Assembly (NCBI GenBank): GCA_030324005.1 | Contig: JARDVH010000097.1 | Location: 66,970,534 to 67,034,533 of the forward strand | Direction: 5' to 3' | DNA length: 64,000 bases | Source of the DNA: Negaprion brevirostris | Lineage: Eukaryota | Shown: positions 1 to 13,625 of the stretch, piece after piece | How the letters are laid out: each line of letters begins with the position of its first letter | Numbering within the stretch: position 1 is the stretch's first letter | Program-made: the position numbers and the translations under genes | Notes under the pieces: model-generated | Told to the model about the DNA's origin: nothing | What the model saw: only the letters and a program-made list of their open reading frames with translations | Database searches by the model: none

Positions 1-352
1 CCCAATGGCAATAAGTGATTAGTAGGCATCAATACTGCACAAGGATGGCTAATATGGATATATTCAAATACATACAACAAAATTCAAATTCATCCTCATC
101 AGTTAATCTTACCCAGCTACTTCCAGCTGGAATCATGGAACAGTCACCGGAAGTGGCACCCTATCTGACTTTCTTGTCTAGTTCATGAGTACAAAGACCA
201 CCTGAAGTCTCTTGCATCACTCCACCCAAAACCAGCTGACGTGGAATAGATTAGGAATCAACTGAAGGCTGTCCCATTATAGATAATTCAACCACTAACC
301 AAACTTTTTCACCCATGGAGCTAAAATTTTCAATTCCAATGAACCTACTTAC

Positions 353-595
353 CACTTGCATTAGCAGCAGGCCGACTAGGATCTTGTGAACGGATTTGGT
401 TTGCACAACCATCAGGAATAACTGGACTGGTTCCAGTGTTGTGTGTTATTACAACTGGGTTTGCTGACAGAGGTTTAATAATTCTCTGCTCGGTTTGCGG
501 AGAAATCGACAAGAGGCTGGAGTTAGCCCTGGTCACCTGCCTTGAAGAATAATTCCCTCGCCGTCTTAATTCACTTAAAGCATTTTTTGTGCGAG
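353..595 (-). CDS. NPAT: NPAT exon 6 (ARTKNALSELRRRG...PAANAS)
   Basis: Lies within ORF 345..608; tag acceptor, gtaagt donor; start resembles human ARTRTGIAEIKRQR. Confidence 0.85.
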
Positions 596-3500
596 CTATA
601 GGAAACAAGATTTTTTTTTAAAAGGGGGAATTCAGTATCCCTTTGTCAAACAATGTAAAAATTGCTACAAAATTTTACACTGGATTTTATAAATATTCAA
701 AAATGATAATATTTCAACATTCATCTGCGCAGAAAAGTACTTAATATAAAAGTCCAAGTCATTTATTAATTAATTACAATTCCCTATATTTGCAGCAAAA
801 GGTTAATGCAAGAGCTGATTTGAAGGAAGGAAAGACAGAGAAACAAGAGGAAGGAAGTGAGAGCAAGGAGAGTTAAAAAAAAGTTTGACTAATCATCGAT
901 ACATCCAAAATAATTTCATACAAAATACTTTTCATAATAAATACCTCTCTGGTTTGTGGCAAGTGCCACAGAGCTCTGTTGTAAACTCCTGTAAGTAAAA
1001 ATTAATACATCAGTTAGAAACATCAATAATCAAGAAACATCACAGAACGCTAATCATTACATTTCAGATACGTTCAGTACAATATTTTGAATTTGCTTTG
1101 ACACTGGACCATCAACCCACTCACCAAAGACCTGCCACATCTATCAAAGGAGAGGCTCTCCTCTAGTTGCAAGACCTAACAAAATGGATCTGCACAAATA
1201 CAAGTATAATTTGAAGGATGCTGTCAGGAGGAAATAACATTCAGAATATGCTCCTGGGATAGAATGACACACAGCTGCCTTTAGCCCTTGACCTGGGGTT
1301 CGTCTTTCAATGCTCCTCTTATAATACCAGTTTCGCTGATTACAATTCAACTTCTAGCGGGTGTGGATCATCCCATAATCTGATGCTAACCCCACACGGA
1401 AAGAACAGAGGATGCCTGGTTATGGGACATGCAAATTATTACACTGAGAATGGAAATACCATCGTGAAATTGGGGTAAATGGAATTTTATTTTGCATTTA
1501 ACCACCCTACACCTGACACTTGATGTGAACACCACACACCCAAGATGGGAAAGTATTCTACTTCAGCATTAAGTGTGTGTTATAATTCTATTTAAACATC
1601 CAAAGAGTTGGAGCCATCTAACTGCCATTATTCAATTTGCAAAAATAACTAGCAGTCCAGAAGGTGGCTTTTACCTAATTTGAGAAAGTGTATACTCCAA
1701 TTTTCTCCACAAGGATGGCAACACTGCAGGTGCTTCTGGCATTGAATCTAGAAAAGGGGAAGAGTGAAACAGGGCAAAATTTAATTTTTCCACAAGAAAC
1801 TTGGTCACTCCCCTAAGACACTGGATTCAAGCATCTGTTACTGAATTATGAATTCATTCAAAACTTTGTTGCGAATGTTCTAACTGGCACCAAGCCCCAT
1901 TTACCCATTATGCTTGTTGACCTACAGTGACTCTTGGTTAAGCAATACCTCACTTCCCATCCTCATTTCCAAATCTCTTCCCGGCCATGTTCTCTCTTTT
2001 GAAATCTTCTGCAGTCCAACAACCCGGCAAGATATTTGCATCCCTTTAAGTCTGCCCTTTTATGTATCCCCAATTTTCAATTCAGTTCCAACAGTGATGG
2101 CTATGTCCTCAGATACTAAAGGCCTAATGCTAGAATTAAACCTTTCTGCCTCTTCCTTTCTTTAAGGCTCTCCCTAAAATCTGTCTCTTCCATAATAGCT
2201 CATCCTGAAATGTTGCTTGATAACAGTGCCACAAAGCACCGTGGAATGTTTTGCTTTGTTAAAGACAATATATAGAATTTATTGTTGTTGATAATGCAAT
2301 GTCACAGAGAATATTTGTTTTCTGATATTTCATTCTTGCAACTTTCCTTTCCTTGTACTTTATTACTATTTTTCCACATTTCTTAGGCATACTGTATCTC
2401 AACACTTGAAATCTTTTCATTTTCCCTTTTGTACTGCCTGACTAACCATATTGCAGGTGAGTTTAATGACTGAAGTTTTCCATCAATATTAGAGAAATCA
2501 CCATCATATAATCCCAAAACTCTAACAATATACTTACCTCTTGCTTTCATAACCACATATTCATTAAGAATAGTTTTCAAGTTTTTTCCAAAAAGTGACT
2601 GAAAAAGAATGAATTCAATATTAATCAGCAATTTAAAACATGCGAGTGAGAATTTCAGTTACATAACTGCAACTAATCAAAAACAAGCGCACAAAAACAA
2701 AAACAAAAACAAAAGCTGGAAATGCCCAGGTCAGGCAGTATCTATGCAAAGAGAAATAAAGTTAATGTTTCAAGCTGATGAACTGGAAGAAGTTAGAAAT
2801 TCAAAATGTTAAGCACAAACAGAAAAAGGGAAAAGGGTAGGCGGGGAAGATCAAAAGGGCAATTCTATGATAGGGTCAAAGGCAGGTCATCACAAAAGGG
2901 ATGATAGTACCGTGACAATTAAAGAAACAGATTAGGTATAAATGAGATTGAAGAAAAATATTGCTGGCAGATAAAATGGAGATTGTGGTTGCGATCTGAA
3001 ATTGCTGAATTTAATACACGTTCTAGGAGGCTGAAAGTGCCTAACTGAAGGATGAGGTGCTATTCTTTGAGCTTATGTTAAGATTTATTGGAACAGCGTA
3101 GGAGAGATGGAGCAAGGACAGTGGCATAGTGAGATGACACAGGGATTAGAAAGCAGGACTCCAAAAATTGCATGATAAAATTCTATACTTATACGAAGAG
3201 ATCATTTTAAAGAGAAAGTGGGGCAGTGGGACTAATTAGATAGACAGAAGAGCAGCATGCCCCCACCATGGGTTGAATTTTATGGGGCACCATATTCCCT
3301 GCATGCCCCACCCCCATCAAATTGGTTGGGAACCAACTGCAGCTATTTTACACTAGTTAGGGTTTAATTGACTAAGGGCAAGACCCATCTTAAGAGAGCT
3401 GCTGGTCAAACTGTAGCTCCAACAATACCAGGTTCAAGTGATGGCCACTGTTGAAATTACAGGCAGTCCCCAAATAAGAGGTTATGGATGCTGTACTTCA

Positions 3501-6500
3501 ATAATTCCGGTGTATTGCTGGGACCTGGCTGGCAGACCCAGTGAAGGATTGGGGCCAGGTCTGAGGCTAAAGGGGAAGAGTTATAGCCCCCCAACTTTAA
3601 ACTAGCCAGCCATAAGAATCTAACTCTGTGATTCATATTTCAGTTGATAAAACCATTAACTGTTTCAACTGATGTCACATAAAACACTCTTTTTGCATAA
3701 CTATCTTCCACATTTGAATTTCTCCATCTTATAAAGATCTGGATTTTTCCGTGCATTATAAAAATTTAACATAAAAATCATATCACAAGTCAGTTTGTAC
3801 TTCTTGTGGAGATGAATGAACAATTCATTGATGAATGACTTGGTTTCCAAATGCCTTAGGTTTACAGCTTTTTAAACAATAAGTTGCTGTGAATGCACGT
3901 CTATATATATCCCACAGCAGTGGCTCCTCTATAACTGGCTGCACAGATAACATACACACATTATACCTATAGAGCTATAATTTGTACAATATCAACCATA
4001 TATAAATACTTCAGGTAATCCAAATTTCACAGAAATTTTTGCTTGCACAAAGTTAAACTGTGTGAAATCATACATTCAGCTAGTAAATGGCTGATGACCT
4101 AGCTGAGTATCACCAACATCAACACAGATGTAGATGCGATTACACGGATTTGAAACTTGGATTTGAAAACTAGCTAAAAAATTGCAGATAATACATAACT
4201 GAAAAGGGACAGTAAGAGGGGCAGCAGAATCGAAGAGACAGCTCAGAAATTATAAAACAAGATAAACTATGCCAGCATAACATGCAAATAACCATTCAAA
4301 ACTATTATAATAAAGTACATCTCATATGAAGAACAAATGTATAACACACACACTCCATGAATGGTGCTGAAATCACCAATAAATTAAAATGGCTTAGCAG
4401 TCTTAACAAATCACCCAGAGCAAAACAGCAATCACAGCTGTTAAACAGTTACTCTTTAAAGTCAAAATAGTAGAATATAAGCCAGAGGAAGGCATGGTAA
4501 AATTGTACACTTTTTTTAATCAGAGTATCTCAAATATTGCATTCAACTCTGGTCACTGAGAATCAAAGGAGAGACTGAGGCACCATGAGGCTAATCCCCA
4601 GTGTGAGAGGACTGAGTTATGAGGAAATGCTGGAAAAACTTGGCAGTGGAGATATGTGAAAGTTGATCTTTAGAAGAGATAAGATAATATGAGAATGGAA
4701 AAGATAAGTTCAGGATATTACTTCCACTTGATGGGTGAGAATAGGGCAAAAACAAAGGACAGAGGTTCAAACTAGGGTATGGTAACGCCTGACAGCAAGA
4801 TGCAACTTCTCCAATGTGAACACATGAAATGAACTTGTAAATAAGAAATGCTCTTTGGTAAAACCGCACACTTGAAAAGCTGCAGCACACAGTTTATGCT
4901 GTCTCCACCCACCGCAAGGATTGTTCACTGAGAAAAGTAACGGGTCAGCTTTACAGAGCTATCACATAAATATCCCTGCTCCCACATATTGATCCGAGTA
5001 ATAATACCTGGAGCTATATTCATAATCTCCAGGGATTGTCAAGCAGTGTTTCATACCTTCCCCTGGTTGGGAAAGGCTTGTGGAGCAGTGGATAGTGTCT
5101 CTGCTTCAGAGTCAGAAGCTCCAAGTTAGGCGACCTGATGGCTACAGAAGATGCGAACATAGTATGCAAAATCATCAACCTATAAATTTGAAGGCCTCCT
5201 GGTCAGCCACGTTTGAGCGAAGTGGTGCCTCTCAAGCTATATGAGAGGCTGACAACTTGTTCCAGGAAAGATGCACCTTGGAAACAGACATAAGTGTATG
5301 CTTTGTTTACCTCTCCTGTCCTGACGTGGGAAAGCCTCTGATCTGAGTACTGTAGTAGAACTCCACAGTCTCACCAATGGGAAATCTACTGGGCCTTTTT
5401 TCTTTATAAAATGGGACTTGCATTCCCACCAAATACAAAATAAAAGTACTTCATAAAAGGCTTCATAAACTCTTTCAAATGGATACTATACCAGTAAACA
5501 AGCAGGAACCAATCCATCCTCTGTACTGTGTTCTGCATACTCCTTTAGATCACCACTTTCCAATATAAAGGTTCTGCAAGTATTAGAAAGCTTTTCTTGC
5601 TGCAGATATCCTGTAAGACAAACACAATAAAGTTGTTTCTCACTGATCTATACAAAAAGCAATATAATATTTTGATATACAAACTGTTGCAGAGACATTC
5701 TAACAATTAAATAACGGAGCATNNNNNNNNNNNNNNNNNNNNNNNNNNNNNNNNNNNNNNNNNNNNNNNNNNNNNNNNNNNNNNNNNNNCTATAACTATA
5801 AACATATAGTGGGAGGTGGTGGCACACTGGTAATGTCACTGGACTCAGCGACTCAAGCTAATAGCTAGGACTTAGGTTCAAATTTCACCATGGACACTAT
5901 GATTCCTCTTTAGAACTACCCAGTGACTTGAAATGTTAACTGTTCCACTCTTCAGGTGCAGCCAGAGCTGCTGAGTTTTTCCTGCATTTTCTGTTCTTAT
6001 TTGTTGTCCATCCCCAATTGCCCTAGGATCAGGCTGTGGAATAGGAGTCATACAAAGGTCAGACCAGGCATGGACAGCAAATTTTGTTCCCTAAGGGCAC
6101 TAATTGAACTCCTGGGTTTTTACTACAATTGATAACAGTTTCATTGCTGAAAAATCTCATTAAAATTGGGAATTGAAATTAATGATGGTGGCATTCTCTC
6201 ATTTCATTTTCCAGCATCTGCAGTAGTTTGCTTTCATTTTAATGGGTAACAATTGGTGGTCTTGCCCACAAAAACAAAAACATTACATTTAGGATATAGG
6301 AAACTCAAAATGAATACCATTTTACAAGTTGTTTAGTCACATTGCCTTATGCAAACTAGCTGTTATACGCTTCACAAATGTGGCTGCTTTGAAGAATGGG
6401 TATTAGTAGGCAAATCTCCACTCCTCAAAGTATCAATCTTTAGAAAATTAGACTGACAGCGTTCAGAAGAAGGGGCATAGCAGCTGGTAGTTGTTCTGTG

Positions 6501-9500
6501 CAATGCATCTAGTTATTTCTAAGTCTGCTGTGTTATGGGGAGTGGGAAAGAGAAGATGCTGTGGGGATAAACATGGATATTTTAAAAACCATAAACACTG
6601 CTTTTCAATAAAGGCTTACTAAAGTAGTAGCAAAATCTGAAATAATCAGCAGGTCTGAAAGCATCTGTGGAAACGGTTTCTCTTGCCAGGCCTAACAAGT
6701 CTTTCCAGCCTTTTCTGTTTTTATTTCTAAATCTAGTATAAACCTAAGCTATCACTAATTGCACCAGCACTTCAAAATCTCACTGGCTACTAACCCCTCT
6801 CTTCCCCTGTCCACAATAAGCCAAACCTACACCTGCCTATGCACCTGTAAACTGTTCAGCATCTTTGCATGATGGCAGAGTTTAAATAAACTCATCCCAT
6901 GGGACAATAATGATGAACACTCCTTTCCTGTACAGATGTCCTAGCATGCCTTATTAACGTACTACATTTTGCACTAATGGGCGATTATCTGTAGAATGGG
7001 CTATTTTCTCTCATTCAAAGATCATTTCTGATATACTTTCAATATAAACCACTCCCACTACATAGTTCAAATAACTTTTATGAAAAGAAATTTAAAGTAT
7101 TGTTATAAAATGAGGCAGCATGAACCTTTTGTATTATGGTCATTTGAGCTGAGCAAAGTAATCAGCAGCCCAATAATACATATTTTTCTTCCAAGTTGTG
7201 CTACATTGGGAGACAGCAATTTGATTTATTAATGTGAAGATGGAACAGGCATATGGGACACAATTAAAATATAAAGGCTTCAATTGCTACAGTGCACTGG
7301 AGAAGAAATATATGAAACACAGAAAAAGAAGTAGGCCATGCAGTGCTCTCCTATTTCAATGACTCTTCCACAATTTAATTGAAACATCACGAGATATTTA
7401 TAGTTCTTTAACATATGCAGAAATTTATTTGGTGTTTTTCTTGGTGCTGCATAAGTCTAGATCAGCAACCATAACTGTCATTGATTTTCAAAGCAATTTA
7501 AAAATTCAGCACAAGACTGCAATATAGGAGAGAAAGAAATTGCATGTATTTGGTTTCTTATCAAAATTCCCTGCACACAAAAAATACTGTCAACCATGGT
7601 CACTGTTGTTATGTAGTCACTCAACCTTGTCTGAAGTAGAACATTCTGGCTCAAGTCTTATTTCAAGGTCATAAGCATGTAGGCTGCCACAGATCTGTGG
7701 GAGTGCTACACTTTTGCAGATGTCATCTTCCAAGAAAGATTTCAAACCAAAGATTCATCTACTCTCTGAGGTGGGTATGGCTGATATTTAGTTCTCAGCT
7801 AATACCATTAAAAATAGGCTTCTTAATCAGTAGCTCATCATTATTTCTGGAAGCTGCTGTGTGTAGTCGATTTGACATGCTTCTTCTATTATCGCACTAA
7901 CTACACTTCAAAGTATCTCATAATAAATAACCTTGGAATATCTGAGGTTATGAAAGGAGCTACATATACGCAAGTTGTTTCCTTCCTATATTGCATCTAA
8001 AAAGGATACTAACAAAATGTACCTTTTTCTTAAGATAAGGAGACAAATATAAATGAACAACAGTTCTTTACACTAATTGTTCTTTCATACAATGATCAGT
8101 GGGATGATGGTACTAGACTACAGATTTTAGCAACTATGTTGCTCACTGTGCCAATCATGAGACTCTGCAGCGTACAGAGCAGTTGTTGTCGCCACACTTG
8201 TGTTCTACGAAAGTTGGAGTACGTCAGTGACAGCGAGAACAATACAGAAATTCCACTGGCAATGTCTTCACCACATCCTTCGAATTCAATGGAGAACTAT
8301 CATACACACACTAGTGTCCTTCTTGAGGCCAGCTCCATGGTATTCAGACACAACTACTACAAAATCATGATGGCCTGGACACTGTGCACCAGATGGCTGA
8401 ACAACAACTCTCAAATGGCTAATGTTTCGGGGAGGCCAAAGAAAATGCTACCAAGGCACTCTGAAGTTCTTTTTGAATACTGGAAGGAGCTAACTACCTA
8501 TCATTCACAAAGTCGACAACCTGTACATTAAGCTTTGAGTCCAACTGCCTCAACGATGAGACAAAGCAGCAGCAGAGAAGATAAGAAAAGAAAGCAAGTT
8601 CCGCACTCCGGATCCACCATCTCATGGGATATCCTGTTCAATGTATCCTAAGATCCGCATGTCAAGAATCAGTTTGCTCAGTCCCATGAAGATCCACGTC
8701 CAAAACAAGTGACCTGGAGTAGGCATCATCTCAAATTGAGGGACAGCAGATGATGATGGTGACCAATCATCAGCAGTTTCTGATATCCAATCTCTGCTTG
8801 ATGGAGTTGTTTGATGACCAAATAATTTTCAAGATTAATAAAAATTAATAAAAAGGTGTGGAAAGGAAAAGCAAGCTGGATTTTTTCCACAAACAAGGCA
8901 GATCACCAAAGAAATCATGTGAACACTCAGCCAAATTGTTTGGATAATTGAGCCCAACAGCTCCACAGTACTCAAGGGAAATGTTGACATCCGAGCAGCC
9001 AGCCTAGCTCATTGATGGAATTGGATCTGTCAAGAGGGCTGAAACTCTTTCCTTAGGAGTTATTATTCCATCAACATTTTGAACACACTTACACAAAAAC
9101 AAATTGCAGTCAAATTTCTATTTCGTTGATGCAATGTCAGCACAATGGCACAGACAGTTGAGGCTGCCATTTGACACCATCACTTCGTTCAGGCAAGAGG
9201 AAAGTGAAAATATCCCGTCAGAGAACCAGACATTTGCCAACACAATTAAATCGATGTACCTCCACCCCATCCCCACGTTTCGTGGACCACGATTCAAGAG
9301 AAAAATGTTCCAGAAACTTGGGTTAAGTCGTGACTAGCAGTAAGTGATTAATAAAACATTGTCAATGGGTGGTTTTGGGAGAAGTGGTTGATATCCCGCC
9401 CACTTCAATCTNNNNNNNNNNNNNNNNNNNNNNCAGTGAGAGAACTCTTCAGCTCCGGTCTAACCGGTTCCTCGTCAGTGGCCCAGCACCGCCCAGTCAG

Positions 9501-9565
9501 AGCAGCCTCCTCTCCAGGCCCCACTTACCCAGGACCAGCCGCGCTACGTCGGATGGTAGCAGCAT
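353..9565 (-). CDS. NPAT: NPAT (nuclear protein, coactivator of histone transcription), multi-exon, 5' part only; exons 1-6 in window
   Basis: The spliced translation MLLPSDVARLVLGYLQQEKLSNTCRTFILESGDLKEYAEHSTEDGLVPACLLSLFGKNLKTILNEYVVMKAR... matches the recalled NPAT LisH N-terminus. All introns are GT-AG and phases are consistent. It lies head-to-head with ATM, as in mammals. Confidence 0.96.
945..988 (-). CDS. NPAT: NPAT exon 5 (SLQQSSVALATNQR)
   Basis: ttacttacag acceptor, gtattt donor, 44 nt; its phase joins exons 4 and 6. Confidence 0.85.
1675..1747 (-). CDS. NPAT: NPAT exon 4 (DSMPEAPAVLPSLWRKLEYTLSQIR)
   Basis: cttttctag acceptor, gtaaaa donor, 73 nt; resembles human SLWKKLDHTLSQIR. 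Confidence 0.93.
2538..2598 (-). CDS. NPAT: NPAT exon 3 (SLFGKNLKTILNEYVVMKAR)
   Basis: ctttttcag acceptor, gtaagt donor, 61 nt. Confidence 0.95.
5492..5610 (-). CDS. NPAT: NPAT exon 2 (YLQQEKLSNTCRTFILESGDLKEYAEHSTEDGLVPACLL)
   Basis: tcttacag acceptor, gtatag donor, 119 nt, in phase. Confidence 0.95.
7620..7985 (+). mobile_element. Ancient DeuSINE/SacSINE-like element (related copies at about 40730-41115 plus and 37510-37850 minus)
   Basis: Degenerate gggagtgctacac...gatgtcatcttcc...aaacc core with tail actacacttcaaag...gaaaggagcta. Confidence 0.5.
8200..8760 (+). mobile_element. RTE-clade LINE 3' fragment
   Basis: Degenerate RTE C-terminus (HILRIQW, W.GH..RM, GRPK) ending in a gatgatgat tail. 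Confidence 0.6.
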
Positions 9566-10050
9566 GATCGCAGAATGGGCCGCAGACTGCGAGAGGATGG
9601 CCCCGGGGAGCGGCGGCCCGGCCTCCCTCCGTCTCCCGGCCGCTCAGTCACATCCAGAAGCCGATTTCCCAGCTGAAAATGGCGCGTAAAGAAAACACTC
9701 CGGCGGAGATCTACTTCCGGCGGATGTGAGGTGAGACAGGATGCATTGTGGTAGCTGCAGTCCAGTGGACTCCAACTCCCAGAGTGCCGCGCAGCCGCCC
9801 GGGCATGCGCGTTGGGGGGGAGGGAAATCTCCGACTGGGTAACTCGCCTCCAACTGAAGTTTCAGCAGCGAATCCCGTGCGGGTTAATCTATGCCTGTGG
9901 CTCGGCTTTAAATGGAGTTTGATTCCCGGGCTATGTGTGGAGTTTAGTTGCTGTGAGTTCTTCGGATTGTGATGGTCGGCCGGGAAAGCTGTATCTGCAC
10001 CCGGTCCGCTGGGGTTACTGCACATGGCATTGGAATAACATGGAGAGCCG
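9440..10050. promoter_or_regulatory. CpG-island bidirectional promoter shared by NPAT and ATM
   Basis: The only clearly CpG-rich stretch in the window. It overlaps NPAT exon 1 and contains YY1/E2F-like aaaatggcgcgtaaa (9676-9690), ETS acttccgg (9713-9720), two ZNF143-like motifs (9741-9762 minus, 9768-9788 plus) and NRF1-like gggcatgcgc (9801-9810). Candidate donors for a non-coding ATM exon 1 are at 9731 (gag|gtgaga) and 9839 (tgg|gtaact). Confidence 0.85.
9529..9565 (-). CDS. NPAT: NPAT coding exon 1 (MLLPSDVARLVL/G)
   Basis: ATG at 9565-9563, donor G|gtaagt, 37 nt. Confidence 0.96.
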
Positions 10051-10145
10051 CCGTGCTGGGCCAGTGGAACATGTTTAATCTCCTGCAGCTTGTTTAGTGT
10101 TAACTGCCGGTGGAAAGCTGATTCGCTTTTGCTGCTGGCGGGCTC

Positions 10146-10330
10146 TGAGGGGATGGCACTGCTGCCTCACAGTGGCAGGGACCTGGGTTCAGTTCCAGCC
10201 TTGGCTCACTAGCTGTGTTGGGTTTGCACTCCGTGTCTGCATGGGTTTCCTCTGGGTGCTCTGGTTTCTTCCCATTGTTGTTGGTGCAGATTCGATGGGA
10301 CATATGGCCTCTTTCTGCACTGTAGATTCT
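10146..10330 (+). mobile_element. HE1/V-SINE-type SINE with internal deletion
   Basis: tRNA-like head cactgctgcctcacagtggcagggacctgggttc, V core and tail gcctctttctgcactgtag. Confidence 0.8.
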
Positions 10331-11914
10331 ATAAACATTGATGCAGGTTTCCCACCAGGAGCAGCGTGTGGGCTCTCTTTCTTAGGCAGTCCCTTTGGAT
10401 CCAGGCTGACTTGCTTCCCATCTGTTTCATGACCCCTGGGTTGGCTGAAATGTCCAACGCGGTCTCTGTCAAATGCTTTGCAGGTGGTGTTTGGAGAGGC
10501 TGGGTAGCTTGGAGATTTTGTGCAGACTTGGCTTTTGTGTGTTCCCAACAAAAAGTCTCTGCTCGGTGCCTTCCAGAATGAACCATTTCTATTCTGCTTG
10601 ATTGTGAGCCAGAGACAAATGGAGATCTTACCTGCTGGCTGAAGAGGCAGTGAGAGCCCCTCTCTTTTAGGAGAGGCCTAGCAAATTAAGTGTGAATTGG
10701 GCAAGGAATTGATGTCTCAAGGGATTTAGGTTGGGAGCTCTATTGAACACAGCATTACCGGAAGGCAGTGGCTCTGATAATGCCTGATATCATTACTGCA
10801 TCTTGGGTCATAGGTGACTGATGGGGGAGGTGGGTTGGCAGCAAGAGCAGTGGCTCTCAGTGGCTTCACTGCTGTGCCAATGCTGAGTCCCTTGATCAGG
10901 CAGAGTGCTTTTGAACGAGGTTGCTCTTGAGAGCCCGCAAACAACCCAACATGGGTTGCTTGATGTGTTCCCTGCATGGAAAACCCCATTTCCTCCCCCA
11001 AACCACCCCCCCCCCCAACTGCTAGGTTAATACCGGTGACAATGAAGGCATGAGATCCTTAAGTCAATGTTAATTGCCCAGTTAAAGGTATCCATTGTTG
11101 TCCAGAAGGACAACCATGGAGATTCTTGCCATGGAATTACTCAGGACAGAGCCAAGAAGGTGGCTGGGTGCCATCTGCCATCTTATAAGAGTACATGCCT
11201 TCCACAACTGGCAATGGGGCAGGGTATTAAAATCCACCCCTTGAGGCAGCTGCTCAGCATTGATTTGAGGACATTGCTAAAATGTTTTTGAAGTCCTCCA
11301 GAGTCTCCTGTAATGACCAAGTTCTGAATGGAGAAGTTGTTTGGGGATCTGATGTCAAACATATCAATGATTTGCCTTGCCCAGTGAGTTGATTTTTGAG
11401 TGATTAGTGACCAATGCTGTGCATATTGGCTTGGGAGAGGACAATGCTGTTGGGCTGCCTTTCTTGCCACTGGATTTGGGGAAGGTACTGCTAATGGTAT
11501 TTCTCCAGTGCATTTAGGAATGTAGGGAATTCTGGTAAATAACGACCTTAATCTCAGCTTTGAGATCCTGGTGATCAAATATTCTTTTCCTCAGAAGGCT
11601 GAAGTGTGACAGGCAAATTGGAAACAATTATGAATTTTGTTGTCTGTGTCTGCCTTCCCCTGAGCTGAGCATCCCAACATGCAGAAAATAGTCCTTGTTT
11701 CTAGACTTCTGGAGTCTAATCCCAAATAACAGCCAGTGTTTGTCCACCACCTTTTACGTAACAAAATATCTTAAGGCACTCCACAAGAATGTTACCAAAT
11801 GAAATTTCACAGTAAGCCACATGAAGGAGATATTTGGACTGATTCAGAGATGGTAAAGGGGTGCAGAAGGATACCCTATATGTTAGGGACCAGATCGGAA
11901 ACCACAAGGTATAT

Positions 11915-12749
11915 TGTGAAGTTAAACTAGACACCAATATTTTTTGGCATGAGTGAGGATGAAGTGTTTCACTCCAGGTGTGATTCTATTGACATACTTG
12001 GAAGTGTTTATCAAAACAAATTTTATTTTAACAATACAGTTGAGCTTGACTTATTGCCACATATATTAGTATACAGTGAAAAATATTGTTTCTTGCGCAC
12101 TATTGCAGACAAAGCATACCATACTTAGAGAAGGAAAGGAAAAAGTGGAGAATGTAGTGTTACAGTCGTAACTTTTACAGTTGAAATACTTAAGCATGTC
12201 AAGATGCAATTCTTAACTGCTAATCTATCTCCATTGGTTTCAACTCGTGCAATATTCCTCTTATAGACTTAAAGTCGTCTTCAAAATCAGTTAACGAACA
12301 ACACAGGCTTCCATGTTTTTACTTGTTCACTGTTCTAGAGCCTTTGAACACTTCTGGAGAAAGAAAGAGAGATAGCTCTGACACTCAAACAGCAGCTTCC
12401 AGAAGGAAAGAGAGCCATCTCTTGCTTCTATAAGGACCATGAAGAAACTGCTTGCCTCTCACTGTAAGCTTAGCTCTTGCATTAGTACGTAACACTGCAT
12501 CTGTCAAGCAACCTAATCGCAACCCTACTCTGAAACCCCAGGGGGTAAAACCAAAAATAAACAAAAATGCATTAACTCAGATTAAAGTAAACATCCCATT
12601 ATTTAGGATCAATAATTAATCTGCATTCTCAGTATGTGAGCTGCCTTGTGTGGACACATCGGCATTGTGTAAACAGAACTGAATGCCAAACATACCTCTT
12701 ACGAGAAACATAAGAAAAATACATTTCCTTAAGGCACAATATCATCACA
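11915..12749. mobile_element. Solo-LTR-like element (similar pieces at about 19690-20520 and 28265-28830)
   Basis: TGTGA...TCACA ends and an internal tttatt. Its start aactagacaccaa resembles gattagaccccaac at 28282. No target-site duplication was confirmed. Confidence 0.4.
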
Positions 12750-13304
12750 CATGCCTAAACTGATTTAATATGGTTTTTAGAAGAATGTTGGGAATTATGT
12801 GATTAATCAAAATGCAGCCTGCGCTAAACAAATGGAGTGGTACTTATTGGAGTAGCTCAGGAGTCAAAATGAATTCTCATTTTTAACAAATCATTGTCCG
12901 ACTGTGCAGCTTCCACTAATAAATTTGAGCATCTAATTCCGCATCCTCCCATTCTTAAGCACTTTCTTCCATTTCAGCCCTTCCGGTGCAGAAACTATTA
13001 GATGTGGCTTTGTGGTCTCTAGACTTATTGCTCACTTTAGTGTTCTCTGATCTTCTTAACTCCATAATCTCTAATTTGTCAAAAACCATGGTACAGGTGT
13101 TCCATCTGGCAGTTAAGTTCTACTTGTCCATCACTCCTCCTCACCCACCTATGTTGGCTCCCTGTCTCCAATAATTCAACTGAAACCTTTTCATCCTTGG
13201 GGTTAAAAATCAATCTCCAGAGTCCACCTCATCATATCTCAGCAGTGTCTTCTACTAGTTCTGCTCTGTGGATCCCTCTTCCTCTGTGGCGCGGTTGGCA
13301 ATGT

Positions 13305-13625
13305 GTGAGGAGAGGGAGAAGAAGAAGGGATGATTGACATGGCAGAAAGTGGAGAGGCGAGCAGGCGAGATTATGGAGAGAGGAGTGGGAGGAATAGGGA
13401 AAAAGAAAAGTGAGAATGGGGTAAGAAGGGACAGTGCAGAAGGCTAAGGGTTGTCAACGTTAACATTGCCTTATTTGGTGGGCATACTACATTTTTGCTG
13501 TACTTCAGTCTGGCAAAGAGGCAAAAAGACTTACACAGAAGTGAATTGCTCAGAGAAGAGGTTGATGATGGGACAGAGAGAAAGGAAGAAGAGACTGAAG
13601 GGGGAGAGGAGGAGGAGGAGAGCTG
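13305..13625 (+). repeat. Purine-rich (GA/GAG) low-complexity tract
   Basis: Runs such as gaggagagggagaagaagaaggga and gaggaggaggaggag. Confidence 0.6.

Noticed and set aside
112-212. Possible NPAT exon 7 (minus-strand donor gtaaga near 112, cag acceptor near 212)
   Set aside because: The required frame hits a TAG and has no recognisable NPAT similarity.
9369-10586. Cluster of overlapping 70-120 aa ORFs
   Set aside because: Expected from the GC-rich CpG island and a SINE; only the 37-nt NPAT exon is supported.
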